Source: Eledone cirrhosa (taxonomy: Eukaryota). From it: 64,000 nucleotides of DNA. Both the position numbers and the translations under genes were made by a program. Each line of letters starts with the position of its first letter. Position 1 is the first letter of the stretch. This document shows positions 1 through 11,741 of the stretch, in pieces. The notes beneath the pieces were generated by a model, which was given only the letters and a program-made list of their open reading frames with translations, had not been told where the DNA came from and ran no database searches. The DNA lies in the NCBI GenBank assembly GCA_964016885.1, contig OZ024740.1, positions 349,122,001 to 349,186,000 of the forward strand, given 5' to 3'.

Positions 1-487
1 TTATCACATTAACTTTCCGAGCACAAACACAGGCTGTTGCCACCTTTATTACATTTGGACTATACATGTACAGTCCATCAATACATTTATCTGTACGTTT
101 GAGTATCGTCATGTTAGTGATTACTGAGGTACATTGGTAATTTTGATAAGAGCCTATACAATCGTTACAGCGACACACTACTTCTGTCCGTGATGGAGGG
201 AAGACTGTTGAATCATGTGTAATCTTCAGGTACCAAGGGCAAGTCGATCTTTCACTGATGTTATCAGAAGAAAGATCAGATATGTTAGCCTGATCTGTTA
301 GTTGTAGCTGGTCACTTTCAGCTGAAGCCTTTTCTGCCGGTAGAAAAAAGTGATTGCCAATTGCTGCACTGGACAGTCTCTCGTAGCGGACTTTCAAATC
401 AGTGGGTATTCCACATAGTCCCTTGATTGGGGTCGAAGATGTAATGAAGATATAGATGAATAGAAAGATCATAATCTCTATGAGAAC
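1..487 (-). CDS. IL17: IL-17-like cytokine, gene 1 (subtype A), exon 2; 3' end runs off the window
   Basis: Near-identical to 33819-34305. Translates VLIEIMIFLFIYIFITSSTPIKGLCGIP...ERSTCPW...VVCRCNDC...YQC...DKCIDG...ATACVCARK, the IL-17 RS-x-x-PW / CxC / CxC pattern. Acceptor ttacag| lies just upstream of 487. Confidence 0.9.
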
Positions 488-878
488 CTGTAAGGTAGAA
501 ACATTTCAATCAAATAAAGTTAAATGTTTTTAATATGATAGTAATGCATCGTGATAAATTAATGTACGAACAACAAATTATTTTTTAAATATATATCAAG
601 ATAACAGGAACTATATTAAGTGTTCATTTTAAGTATAAAATGAGTGGCCTTATATATTGCACGTTATGGTAGTCATATAATGTGCTATATATTTTTAACT
701 GGGAATAAATAATAAAACAGCAAGCCGCTTTATATGTTTTAGGAGAAACAGAGAGAATGTTAGGAAGATTTAAAATAGAGAAAAGAATGAGATTAGATCG
801 TTACATGTGCGGTACTTTATGTAATAGTAAGATGAACGCAGCAACTTTATTCAACCATTTGAAATTGGATTATATAAT

Positions 879-1061
879 TGTTTCTACTTTTGGCACAAGG
901 CCAGCAATTATCCCAGTGTATTACTGGTACTTTATTTTATCGACCCCGTAAGGATGAAAGGCAAAGTTAACCTCGGCGGGATTTGAACTCAGTCCGTAAA
1001 GGGACGTAACTGTGCTACAAAGCATGGCGTCCGACCCTCTACCGATACTGCCAATCCACCT
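879..1061 (-). mobile_element. tRNA-derived SINE (octopus-type) with 17-bp target-site duplication
   Basis: Minus-strand head GGTGGATTGGCAGTATCGG (A-box-like) and GAGTTCAAATCC (B-box). TSD aaattggattatataat at 862-878 and 1062-1078. There are >10 related copies in the window. Confidence 0.85.
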
Positions 1062-1532
1062 AAATTGGATTATATAATGGTTGCGTATAAATCAATGAAA
1101 TGAAGAAATAAGAGAAATTACGAATGAGCGGCTCACTCTACACCAGAGTCGGGGGGGGGGGTATGTCTCTGCAGCCTCCCACAGACAAAAGGGCGAAAAT
1201 ATTGCTGCGAATTACATCCTGCGAGAGTTACAGCGGAATTGCCTTGTTTTGTGGTCGAAATGATATAGCTAGTAGGGAAGAACCTGTCGCAATACATATT
1301 GTGATAGGTTAGTGATTTACTCCTCTCCAACAGTAGGAGGATTAACATGTCTGGGCTCTCAACATCACCATGGTCAAGACCGACGGGCTCTATTTATGGC
1401 TATTCTAACTTAAACAAGTCTTCTTACAAAGGTAACGCACACTATCTAGCCTATAGTTAAGGAATGAAATCCATGCTGTAAATTAATTTTTTTATAAGGA
1501 AATGGAGATAAATACACTTTCATTATAATAAA

Positions 1533-2111
1533 CTAGCAGTGGTACCCGGCGTTGCACGGGATAAGGTATTTTGGAACGTGGGCCGCCAACAGACCTAATC
1601 CTAGAAAAACTGCATGCGTGGACAATATGTAAAGAAAATAAATCGAATACTCTGATGGCTGAATAATGTTTAAAATTTTCCTCGATGAGGCAGGGCAAAT
1701 GCAGGTTTTCACCTAATGCGGGCCCTAGGGGATCATTTTTTTTATGTGCATAATATGCCTTTAAATTTCGGGAAAATCGGCTAGAGTTAACGCCTCAAAA
1801 AAGCCCTAAAATGCTGAAAAAATGAAGTTTTTCACCTAATGCGGGCCCCTTGGTCATGAAAAAGTTGGATTTTCTTTGCTCACGGTATGAAGAAGAGACT
1901 GACTAATACATAGTTACAATTTCAAGGAAATCAGTCTGACGTAACGACTCAAAAAAAAACTAGAAACATGAAAAAATGCAGTTTTTCAATTAATGCGGGC
2001 CCTAGGGAATCAAAAAGTTGAATTTTGTATGTGCATAACACTCCCTGAAACATAAGTAATACACAGCTAAAGTTTGAAAAAAGTCGGTTGGGCACTACTC
2101 GAGTTTTAGGG

Positions 2112-2162
<51 letters not shown>

Positions 2163-2474
2163 CACAGAGACATCCTCAGGGAAGTTACGTAGTGCAGACA
2201 CCAGACATACAGACAGATATTATAAGGGCGCGACGTTATATGTATGTATCTATCTAAAAAGAGAAAGACTAAGAATTATAGAGTCAGATCGCTAAATCGC
2301 CTAATGGGGTCCCTAGGGCATTGAACATTTTTAATTTGTTTTGCTCAGAACACTCCCTGAAACATAAGTATTACATGTGTAAAGTTTGAAACTAGTCGGT
2401 TGGGTGGTTCTCGAGTTTTAGGGATTCAATCTCACACCCACACAGACAGACATCCTCAGTTTTATATATATAGA
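1533..2474 (-). mobile_element. Non-autonomous Helitron in the intron of IL-17 gene 1
   Basis: Minus strand: A|TC 5' end (TCTATATATATAAAACTGAGG), subterminal GC hairpin CCCGTGCAACGCCGGG, 3' CTAG|T. It contains internal (CA)n and tandem subrepeats and has no TSD. Confidence 0.8.
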
Positions 2475-2621
2475 TAATTGATAATCACACACACATACAC
2501 ACACAAACACACACATACACACACACATATATATATGTGTGTGTGTGTGTGTGCATAAGGATGCAAACACAACTAAATATGGAAATATATAAGATATCAT
2601 TATTAATTTAAGTTTACTTAC

Positions 2622-2636
2622 ATTAGCCATCATCAT
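2622..2636 (-). CDS. IL17: IL-17 gene 1 coding micro-exon 1 (MMMAN)
   Basis: Minus strand reads ATGATGATGGCTAAT|GTAAGT, a consensus donor. Phase 0 matches the acceptor at 487, and the same motif sits upstream of every paralog. Confidence 0.8.
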
Positions 2637-2764
2637 TTTTACTTCTTGTTTTCTTGGAAATGGAAAAAGGAGGAGAACTGTAGGATATTGTACAACTAAG
2701 ACTCGCGGAACTTTATCTCGCAAATGATGTACCTTTCTGTGAATGATATTTGCTATCATAAGCA

Positions 2765-3060
2765 TTTTTCTTATATACAATTCTTGAAACCGGAAAAGAA
2801 ATTTAGATATACACATGGCGTAGACTGAACATATGAACACGGGCGGAACTAAGAATTATCTCGTGCGATAATGAATCCAGCGTTAATATTTCACTTATGG
2901 GAATGATGCAAAATTCATGTAATCTATATTCCTCCTGCACCCATCAAGTATGGGAGGAGTAAAGGTTGTCAGGGCAAATCACTTGTTCACTTTAATCATT
3001 GTTTATTTACACCTTACAAAAATTCAGGGTGTGGCAAATAGTTTCCACTGATAAACAGAG
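2765..3060 (-). promoter_or_regulatory. Putative proximal promoter of IL-17 gene 1
   Basis: TATATAAG (minus, 2770-2777) lies ~135 nt upstream of the ATG, with adjacent CCGGAA (ETS-like core), TGTTTATTTAC (Fox-like) and AGTTTCCACTGATAA. The block is conserved upstream of the other paralogs. Confidence 0.55.
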
Positions 3061-3724
3061 AGCAAAGTAAATAATCAATTCTCAAACATTTCATTAATTA
3101 ACTAATATAAAAAAAACTGCACCGGAACCTAATATCCAACTAGCTGTCATTAATATATCTATTATACAAATCGGAACGTCATCTATCGTGGAAATTATAT
3201 AATAGTATTCTTCCAATATATTTGGAAGTTGTTTTGATAATTACACTATGATTAATAGTGTTCATAGAAGTGTAGATAGGGGTATAATTTAACTACAAAT
3301 CAAATAATCTTAAGCAAAGGCAGAAACTGAAGATTACATTTAAGATGTACAGGAACAATGCCTAACCAGAAATAATCATAAAGGCAAATATTTTATATGA
3401 GAAATAAATAACAACTGCTCTCAGGTGAGCTTCAACGTTTGTAATTACGAAGACTCAACATAACAGGATGAAATCAAACATGGAGTCTTTCCAAAGACAC
3501 TCCCAAATGTAGATACTAAAGTTCCTTGTTCAAGGAGGTTCAACCAAATACAAGGGGTAGGATTGTACATAACATTATGAGCTTTGTTCAATTTTAACAA
3601 AATACAATTAATGATATTTAAATATTAATATGTAAAACATTATATTCAAAGGACTAATCAAGTTTATGCAACGATAATAAAAAGAAATTAATTTATAACG
3701 TGTTACTTGAGAGTATAAACAATT

Positions 3725-4520
3725 GCTGGTAGGGGATAAGTTGCAGTTTTGCACACTCCAGACTCTATGCAAGTTGCACCCAACCTGTTCGTGCCAAATA
3801 CCTAAGCCAAAACCAACATGGGCAAACAAAACAACACACAGGCTTACTGTCCAGGAAGTATGCTGAGGTTGCACGTACAGCCCCAACGAAAATCAGTCAC
3901 ATCAAAACTCGCGACCACCACAAATAAGACCCACAGAGTCGCCAGCACTGATACCGACACAAATGCCATATCAGCAGCCACCACTGACACCACAAATGTC
4001 ACACCAGTGCTACATGTCAGATACCTGGTAAAACTGACCAACATGTGTAAGATCACCTACCAAATAGACCTAGCCACAAGCAATCAAACAATACGCATGA
4101 CACTAACTTAAGCTCACCTGACAGCTATCATAGCAGATATGGAAATACACATACCAAAATATGTTGTATTTCGTACTGAAAGGAAGAAGAGAACTCGTGG
4201 TAGAGTTACTTTGTACATCCATGAAGATGTCACATCAATAGTACTGTTGTCACATTCCAACTCGGTCTGTGACACGCTAAAGATACACGTCAATCAAAAT
4301 AGTAATATGTGTCAGATATTGACCACCAGATGCCCCCAGATTTGAGGACAATTTTGAAGGTTGTCTCAGAGGGATTAAAGAAGTGCTGATCAAATTGGGC
4401 CAGAACCACAACACACTACTGAGGTTCAATGGCCCGAAGGTCAGCCACTCTCAGAAATGACGGTACTTGAACAAAGGCAGACAGAATCCTTGCTGTTCCT
4501 TACAAACAGATTCTTCATGG
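3725..4520 (+). mobile_element. Degenerate LINE fragment (Cys/His-rich ORF1 end + AP-endonuclease start; CR1/L2-like)
   Basis: Broken frames include EIHIPKYVVFRTERKKRTRGRVTLYIHED, resembling the LINE endonuclease IPGY..FR.DR..R.GGGV.LYI motif. Duplicated at ~37460-38255. Confidence 0.55.
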
Positions 4521-5406
4521 AACATATAGCAGAACTTGGAATGTATATTCCGGTGAAAACAGTAGATGTACAGCTAACAGGAGGAACTCTGTCTCTTCCC
4601 AACTTACGGATAGGCTACTTTGCCGGTCCCGGTAAAGTAGACACACATGCTTTTAAAGCTTATTTTACAGGTCCCCCGTAAATATAAATAGTGCTAGTGT
4701 TGGGTTATGGTTCAAATTGTCTTATTAATTGGTGAAAATAAATAAACTTCTGTGTTAAATCTATGTGTTGTTATTTTTAGCATTACCTGCCTTAATTAAA
4801 ATGGTTTCTGGCCAACAATTTTGCCAGGACACACCATCCTATTTCTTTTATTCAAGTTTTATGTTTACGTAGTTACAAAAATTCAAGCTGTGTTATAGTA
4901 TATGTTTATTGAACGACAGGCAACAAAATAATAGGGTTTTTTTTCCGTAGAATTTCTATTTTTATTACCTTATCTATTTGGTTCCGGTAATCTATATTTT
5001 CATATATCTTAACAAAATCATTGTTAAAGTTGTGAAGTGTTTCACCTAAATATAACTCAATTTTAGCAAAATAAAACCTGCGTAACCTAGAACAGATTTT
5101 CGTCTTGAAAGACACAAACATTCATCTCGGCATAATTGTTGAGAAATAATTTGAAATTGTCGTTTTTAAACTTACAATATATTACATCATATGTAAAGAA
5201 AAAAATGTGTTCCTTCGTTAAAAACAATCTCTAGAATTGTATGGAAAATATGCAAGGGCTTAGGTTATGTAGAACAAAGTAAATCAGTTACACTAATATA
5301 GTACTTGTCAAATATAAAGACCTCCTTAATTAACTAATATAAAAATACTCATCACTTTACAGTTGCTGAATGTTACCTAACTATTACGTCATATATTTAG
5401 TTGATA

Positions 5407-6057
5407 CTAGCAGAATGGCCCGGCGTTGCTCAGGATTCTAAACATAGATTGGCATGTTTATCCCTCCTTTCTGAAACAGTACAGAGAAGTACGGACTACC
5501 TTGGCCTCGGTATGATGTCTACATTTTGTGCTTATGAAAGAATTCGTCGTAGATTACCAAGGGTTTAACTTAATTGGGTGCCTGAGAGTAAAATGTTCAA
5601 CCCACGAAAGCCAAGACGATAGGGTTAAGTAAAAAGGCATTCGACAAACCGAACAAAGCAAAGAATCGCTGTTTTCACCCTTAACGGGATCTTCTGAAAC
5701 TAAAAAAAATCAATCTGTGAACGCAGAAGTAAATATTTCGAAAAACGTTACACACTATATATATATATACATATACTCACACTATATATACGTATATACA
5801 CACACACACACACAGATAGCGAATGTCATAATGCAGACAGCCAGATATACAGATAGATATTATAAGGGGGCGTCGTTATAGCTATGTATCTATCTAAAAG
5901 GACAGACTAAGAAAGAGAGAGATCTTAACCGGCGCCTAATGCGGTCCCTAGGGCATTTAAAATTTGGAATATTTTTGCTCAAAACACTCACACGACCATT
6001 AGTATTATATGTGTATAGTTTGAAAAATAACAATTGGGTGGTTCTCGAGTTTTAGGG

Positions 6058-6094
<37 letters not shown>

Positions 6095-6116
6095 TTCTCT
6101 GTTTTAGATATATAGA
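5407..6116 (-). mobile_element. Non-autonomous Helitron
   Basis: CTAG at 5407-5410 with adjacent CCCGGCGTTGCTCAGG hairpin. The other end is (GACA)n...TATATAGA|T, and it shares its 5' portion with the 1533-2474 element. Confidence 0.75.
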
Positions 6117-6899
6117 TAATCGTAGAAATTATTTAGTAGTTAGTTCAATTCATAATATTTTGAAGAGTTGTTAATAATTAGAATATCATTAATGGTGTTT
6201 CGACTGTATTACTCAGGAATTTCTAGTGAAACTAACAGCTGAACATTCGACCTGTAGTTTGAAGATGCCGCAAATAATTTGAAATACATAACGTATGAGT
6301 GTGTTTGGGGTCGATAAAATAAAGTACCAGTAATGCACTGGGTAATTGCTGGCCTTGTGCCTAAAGTAGAAACAATTATTCTATTTTACATATGTTTGAG
6401 TGTGTGTGTGTGTGTGTGAGGGTTTCAATCTATACACCCACGCTGCATATATCTGCCATTGTACGTTTGTCTGTGTGAGCGTGTGCATTATCATAACATA
6501 TTAGGTACCATGCTCCAGCATCTAACTTTAAAACGACCATGTGTTCTTTTTGTTATGTACAGTGTGCCACAAAACGATCAAATATTTATATGCATTCTAT
6601 TATATTTGAATTATATTACTGATCTCAATCATTGATCGGCAGCTATGTTAAGGTAAATTCTGCAAGAAAAATGTTCGATTACAGTATTTATGAAAACAGC
6701 GACTCACAACAATTAAACAACAAACAGTAATTCGAAGTAACAGACTAATCAACGAATGGTAAATGAAAGGACAATAATTATGATGAACATAGATTAACGT
6801 AATCAGCTGCCATAGCTACAGATGAACTAGTAGCTCATTAAAAGAATGCATAAATACATTAGTGCTGCAAAGTTTGAGGCCTCCATATTCGCGAGAAAG

Positions 6900-7330
6900 C
6901 CTTCTTAGTGCGCTCTGCGTGTGAGAAGAGGTACACAAAAAGTGTGTTGGAGAAGTTCAAGTACCTCGTGGCCGTTTACACGAGTGATGGACGGCAAGAG
7001 GCTGTATTAAATGCAATATTTGCTGGAGTTGCTGCGCTAGCTTCAGCACTAGGTCATGAGAAAAAGGGAGATAGAAATAAAAGCCAAACTCGCTATCTTC
7101 GTCTTCTCATTTCCTATTGTCAGGAATCTTTGATGATAATCGGAAACATACGATCAAGAATACAAGCCCCCGAAAAGTGCTTCCTCAGAAGGGTTCTGGG
7201 GTAAAGTGACTCGATAGATTGCGTAGAGCGAAGATTAGGGAGTCGTGCCAGGGAGAGTCGTGCCAGAGAGAGCCGCTACTTCTCTTCATTGAGACACGGT
7301 TAAGATGTCTAAGAAACAACCATCCATAAC
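6900..7330 (+). mobile_element. RTE-like LINE, 3' reverse-transcriptase remnant
   Basis: LEKFKYL...TSDGRQE... and SRIQAPEKCFLRRVLG resemble the RTE-clade post-RT region. Frameshifted. Confidence 0.5.
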
Positions 7331-8750
7331 ATATTAAGAGGAGTTGAAGTGATTCCTTTACATATGACACTGTCGAACACTACCAAATCAGATCATTGTC
7401 GACCAGAGCAAAAATATGCAAACATAACTTGATATATACTGGACTGATTACCGAAAATCATTTGGCAATACACAAGTGTTACCCCTAGAAAATTAAGCAT
7501 ATAAATGCTCACAAAGTACATGAGCTTGCCACGTCTCAAGGAAACCAAAACTAGGACTAAATTATAAAGATATTATACTTGATACACATATATGAAGAAC
7601 AATATTCCAGGGAGAACACTTACTATCTATACATTTTATTCCTTCTACACTTAATCTTCTCCGATACGTTAAAGAAATCTATTAAATGAAACCATTATTG
7701 CTTTCAAAAGTAACGCATAAACTATAAATATATACTCTAAACAATACACCTTTGCCAGTGCTACAAAATATATTTCGTGTATTCAGCCAATACAAGAAAG
7801 AAATGAATACGCTTGGCGTGCCGGTTATAATCGACGGATTCAATGTTATAAAATGGCAATTCAGTTTATTATATTGAAGTCGTAATAATTAGAACATCAG
7901 AAACCTAGCGCTCCATATGCGCCATATCAAACTGATAAACTGATAATACATCTAACTGCTAGATAAACTTAGGGCCTTATAATATGCAACTAAAGAATAG
8001 CAACAAAATATAAACAGTGTGACTTTAAATACTCTTAGAAGCAAGCAAACTGGAGATGTTATGGGTAAGAAGAATACTCGGAGAAAAATTAAATGTATAG
8101 GCAAATTAATTGCTTGAAATGTGCGAGTGAGACACATTTAAATAAGAAGAAAGCAAAAGCAAGCTTAAAAACAAACCTAAATATAAAATGACATACCAAA
8201 ATATACAGAATATAAAATGGAAAGTAAAACCACTTCATGATCTGTATCCTAGAAATATAGAAAGATATATATTACGACAGTATGAGCGATATGGGAGAAG
8301 ATTTGATAGATTGGTATTAAGCTAAACGCCATCACCCGAAATAATCTAAGGTAATGACAGAAAGAGATGTTCTCATTTATGTTGTTCAGGAACATGGTGT
8401 AGACACACAATTACAAAATTAAAATACAATAAAGAAGACACCGAGAATGTAATCATTACAATATGACAATTAACTAAATTGTTCCTGTTAATCGATTGCT
8501 TGATAATTCTGAAAGGATTCACAGATACAATTGCATTGACAATTATATTCACTGGGTAATAGGACAATACTATATCAACGCTTTATCATGATAACAAAAA
8601 CAATACTTGAAATTGCTTTCAAGTTCATAACCTAGCATATCTAACATGAACTTATAAAATGGTTCCATTATCACATATAATATATCAGTTGGAGAGACTG
8701 GATCGAAACATAAAGGGCTTTGGTTATATAGAATATAGAAGTATATTACC

Positions 8751-8935
8751 GGTGGATTGGCAGTATCGGTAGAGGGTCGGACGCCATGCTTACCAGCATA
8801 GTTACGTCCCTTTACGATCTGAGTTCAAATCCCGCCGAGGTTAACTTTGCCTTTCATCCTTACGGGGTCGATAAAATAAAGTACCAGTAATGCACTGGAT
8901 AATTGCTGGCCTTGTGCCTAAAGTAGAAACAATTA
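8751..8935 (+). mobile_element. tRNA-derived SINE, full-length copy
   Basis: Matches the reverse complement of 879-1061, with A/B boxes. Confidence 0.85.
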
Positions 8936-9042
8936 CTAGACTTTGTAAAAGATGAGATTGATAATAAATTATTATGCATCTCATATTCAGTTTATTTAAA
9001 GATACTGAGCTATACATATATATTACACAAACACACACACAC

Positions 9043-9082
<40 letters not shown>

Positions 9083-9457
9083 ATGAAAATGCGAAGTTGA
9101 AAATGTTAGAGTCCTTTATTAATTGAGCCGTTATAAATATTTCAATATTTCTTGTGGACTATTTGGGAAAGCATTTTAACAATGTAAAGTTTCTATTATT
9201 ATGTATTTGAGTTATGTGACACACCCATTTCAAGTTTATTCTAGTGCATTCCTCATTGATAAGAAACAAGTACTATCACGATTAAGAGCTTCTTATAAAT
9301 TTACAGTTCACTATCGATACTTGCGTAATAACTAACGTAAATATCCTATATACATACATACGATGCTATATACATACATACAACTTCCAGTCGTCCGATG
9401 TATTCGTGTCTATAACAGCTAGAAACAGAATCTCACAGAATATACTGAGTTGCATAT

Positions 9458-9526
<69 letters not shown>

Positions 9527-9635
9527 TTCCAATTTTATTTCTCGCCCTAGCACAGCTGAAACATAAATGTAAGTATGCACACGTACACACACACACGCAA
9601 ATACACACACACACACACACATACACACACACACA

Positions 9636-9942
9636 AACTGGAGTATAAATAATATAAAATCAAAAGATGGTTAAAAGAGTTCCATGTATTTTATTATGCG
9701 CATTTCAAAAACAAATATCATCATGGGATGATATTTGCGTTCTCATCAGATAAAATAAGGAGACATGATATGAAGCTTCACTGCTCACAACTGTTTTTTA
9801 AGCTTCATATCATGTCTCCCTATTTTATCTGATGAGGACGCAAATATCATCCCATGATGATATTTGTTTTTGAAATGCGCATAATAAAATACAGGGAACT
9901 CTTTTAACCATCTTTTGATTTTATATTATTTATACTCCAGTT
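9636..9942. repeat. Long inverted repeat (~143-bp arms, ~21-bp spacer), Penelope pLTR-like foldback
   Basis: 9636-9778 is the reverse complement of 9800-9942, with 3 mismatches seen. Each arm contains a hammerhead motif. Confidence 0.9.
9817..9897 (+). ncRNA. Type I hammerhead ribozyme motif (Penelope-type); inverted twin on the minus strand at ~9681-9761
   Basis: TATTTTAT-CTGATGA-[16-bp stem II with G.U pairs and 1 mismatch]-GAAA-TGCGCA-TA-ATAAAATA. Stem I pairs 8/8, stem III is a short palindrome, and the predicted cleavage triplet is AUA. Confidence 0.65.
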
Positions 9943-10122
9943 CTATAAACTGTTGAGTGCTACTTATCCGATATTTGCATTGCTTTATTGTGCTACAATA
10001 AAACTCTCCTCCTACATTATATATATATATATATATATATATATAACGAAGGAAATGTGGTAAGGAACCAGGTGGACCATAACGCACCAAAGTACTCAAT
10101 ACTTGAGGTAGTAGAGTGGGTA

Positions 10123-10251
10123 ATAGGAACCAGTAAGACCCCGACAGCTGAGCTCAAGCCGTTTCGACGGCTAATTCTGGACTAAAATGCATTTTAGTCC
10201 AGAATTAGCCGTCGAAACGGCTTGAGCTCAGCTGTCGGGGTCTTACTGGTT

Positions 10252-10256
<5 letters not shown>
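10123..10256. repeat. Perfect 134-bp palindrome (67-bp arms, no spacer)
   Basis: ATAGGAACCAG...AAAATG|CATTTT...CTGGTTCCTAT, centred at 10189/10190. Flanked by (TA)n tracts. Confidence 0.95.
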
Positions 10257-10295
<39 letters not shown>

Positions 10296-10670
10296 ACACA
10301 TATACATATACATATACATATGGGTTATATCGAACATTAATAACAATGTTCGATTCGTTTGTAAAACAAATGGCCCAATTTGAAGCTGTGCGGTGCCTGT
10401 CACCGATCGTCACCTGTTTGTTCAACACTGGTTTTCAGAAACAATCAACCTGTTTCTGGTTCATTACTTTTCATCAGGACACTATACCTCTGCCAGTCTG
10501 TCGAACGGTTGAAAATATATAGTATTTTCTTAAGTACATATCGGCTGAGTTGCCTCATTTGCACATCGAGCGTGTTACGGCTGGCTTTGCTGAATATTAA
10601 AAATAAAATTAGAATTTTATTCCTCGCTCTAGCACAGCTGATACATAAATGTAAGTATGCATACGTACAC

Positions 10671-10944
<274 letters not shown>

Positions 10945-11545
10945 TCATATTCTAAAATGTTTCAAGCAAACTACAACGCTCTCTTCTCTTTACACTTGAG
11001 CCAGAGACAATTTGCAACCGTCAAATTACTTTTCGGAATAACGGAGAAACCCTGCGTTAAGAACGACGTACCACCCAACATCAGCAGAAACGTCCATTTC
11101 TCTGGATGTCTACTTTCCCTAATTTTCAGAAACATTGTAAACCACATACACCGCACTTGTTCCAAGAAGTTCATATGAAATTTCAGCCGTGAAGTTCAAC
11201 TATTCATATAGACACTCTCTGAGCGCACACCACTAATAATATTAAACCTGAAGACCTGTTCCTTAAAACCGCTGAAGCAATCGACTAATTTTACCACTCT
11301 TGGGCCCAGTACAAAAAGAAACGAAAATTTGAATGTATTCTTAACAAACATCAGTTTACCCCACCACACCAACACGAAAACCAGTGGAGAGTTGAACCAG
11401 GAGGCCACCGTAGACAAGACCACCATTATCACCGTAACGGACCCGCAGTTGCGCGATACGGAACACTTCGTCACCAACCTAACCGAATCCTTCTCAAACG
11501 CCGAACTTGAATTCCTAAGCCTCGACCCATAATTCAACGAGACTC
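10945..11545 (+). mobile_element. Possible Penelope-like element N-terminal ORF remnant
   Basis: FVTNLTESFSNAELEFLSLDP resembles the V.NLS...LS..E...L.LG..F motif preceding PLE RTs. It begins directly at a microsatellite and is duplicated at ~40147-40750. Confidence 0.4.
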
Positions 11546-11572
11546 AGCGGCTTATTAGGCTGCATTATACTA

Positions 11573-11741
11573 AGAGGGTCGGACGCCATGCTTTGACGCA
11601 TAGAGTTACGGCCCTTGCCATTCTGAGTTCAAATCCCGCCGAGGTTAACTCAAGCTTTAATCCTTACGGGGTCGATAAAATAAAGTACCAGTAATGAACT
11701 GGGTAGTTGCTGGCCTTGTGCCAAAAGGAGAAACAATTATA
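11573..11741 (+). mobile_element. tRNA-derived SINE (5'-clipped)
   Basis: Similar to 8751-8935. Confidence 0.8.

Noticed and set aside
1700-2010. Regularly spaced CACCTAATGCGGGCCC repeats suggestive of a CRISPR array
   Set aside because: The intervening sequences are similar to each other, lie inside a Helitron, the context is eukaryotic, and there are no cas genes.
2418-2840. 140-aa ORF (and 130-aa copy at 36126-36518) as a separate gene
   Set aside because: It merely reads through the IL-17 promoter, 5' UTR, micro-exon and intron. Only MMMAN before the GTAAGT donor is plausibly coding.
7330-8600. Possible further R4/Dong-like RT remnant on the + strand
   Set aside because: Only faint motifs (WTDYRKSF, IFQG-like) amid heavy decay; boundaries and identity cannot be supported by eye.
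8751-8840. tRNA gene
   Set aside because: A/B boxes are present but no cloverleaf is evident. It is the head of a multi-copy SINE.
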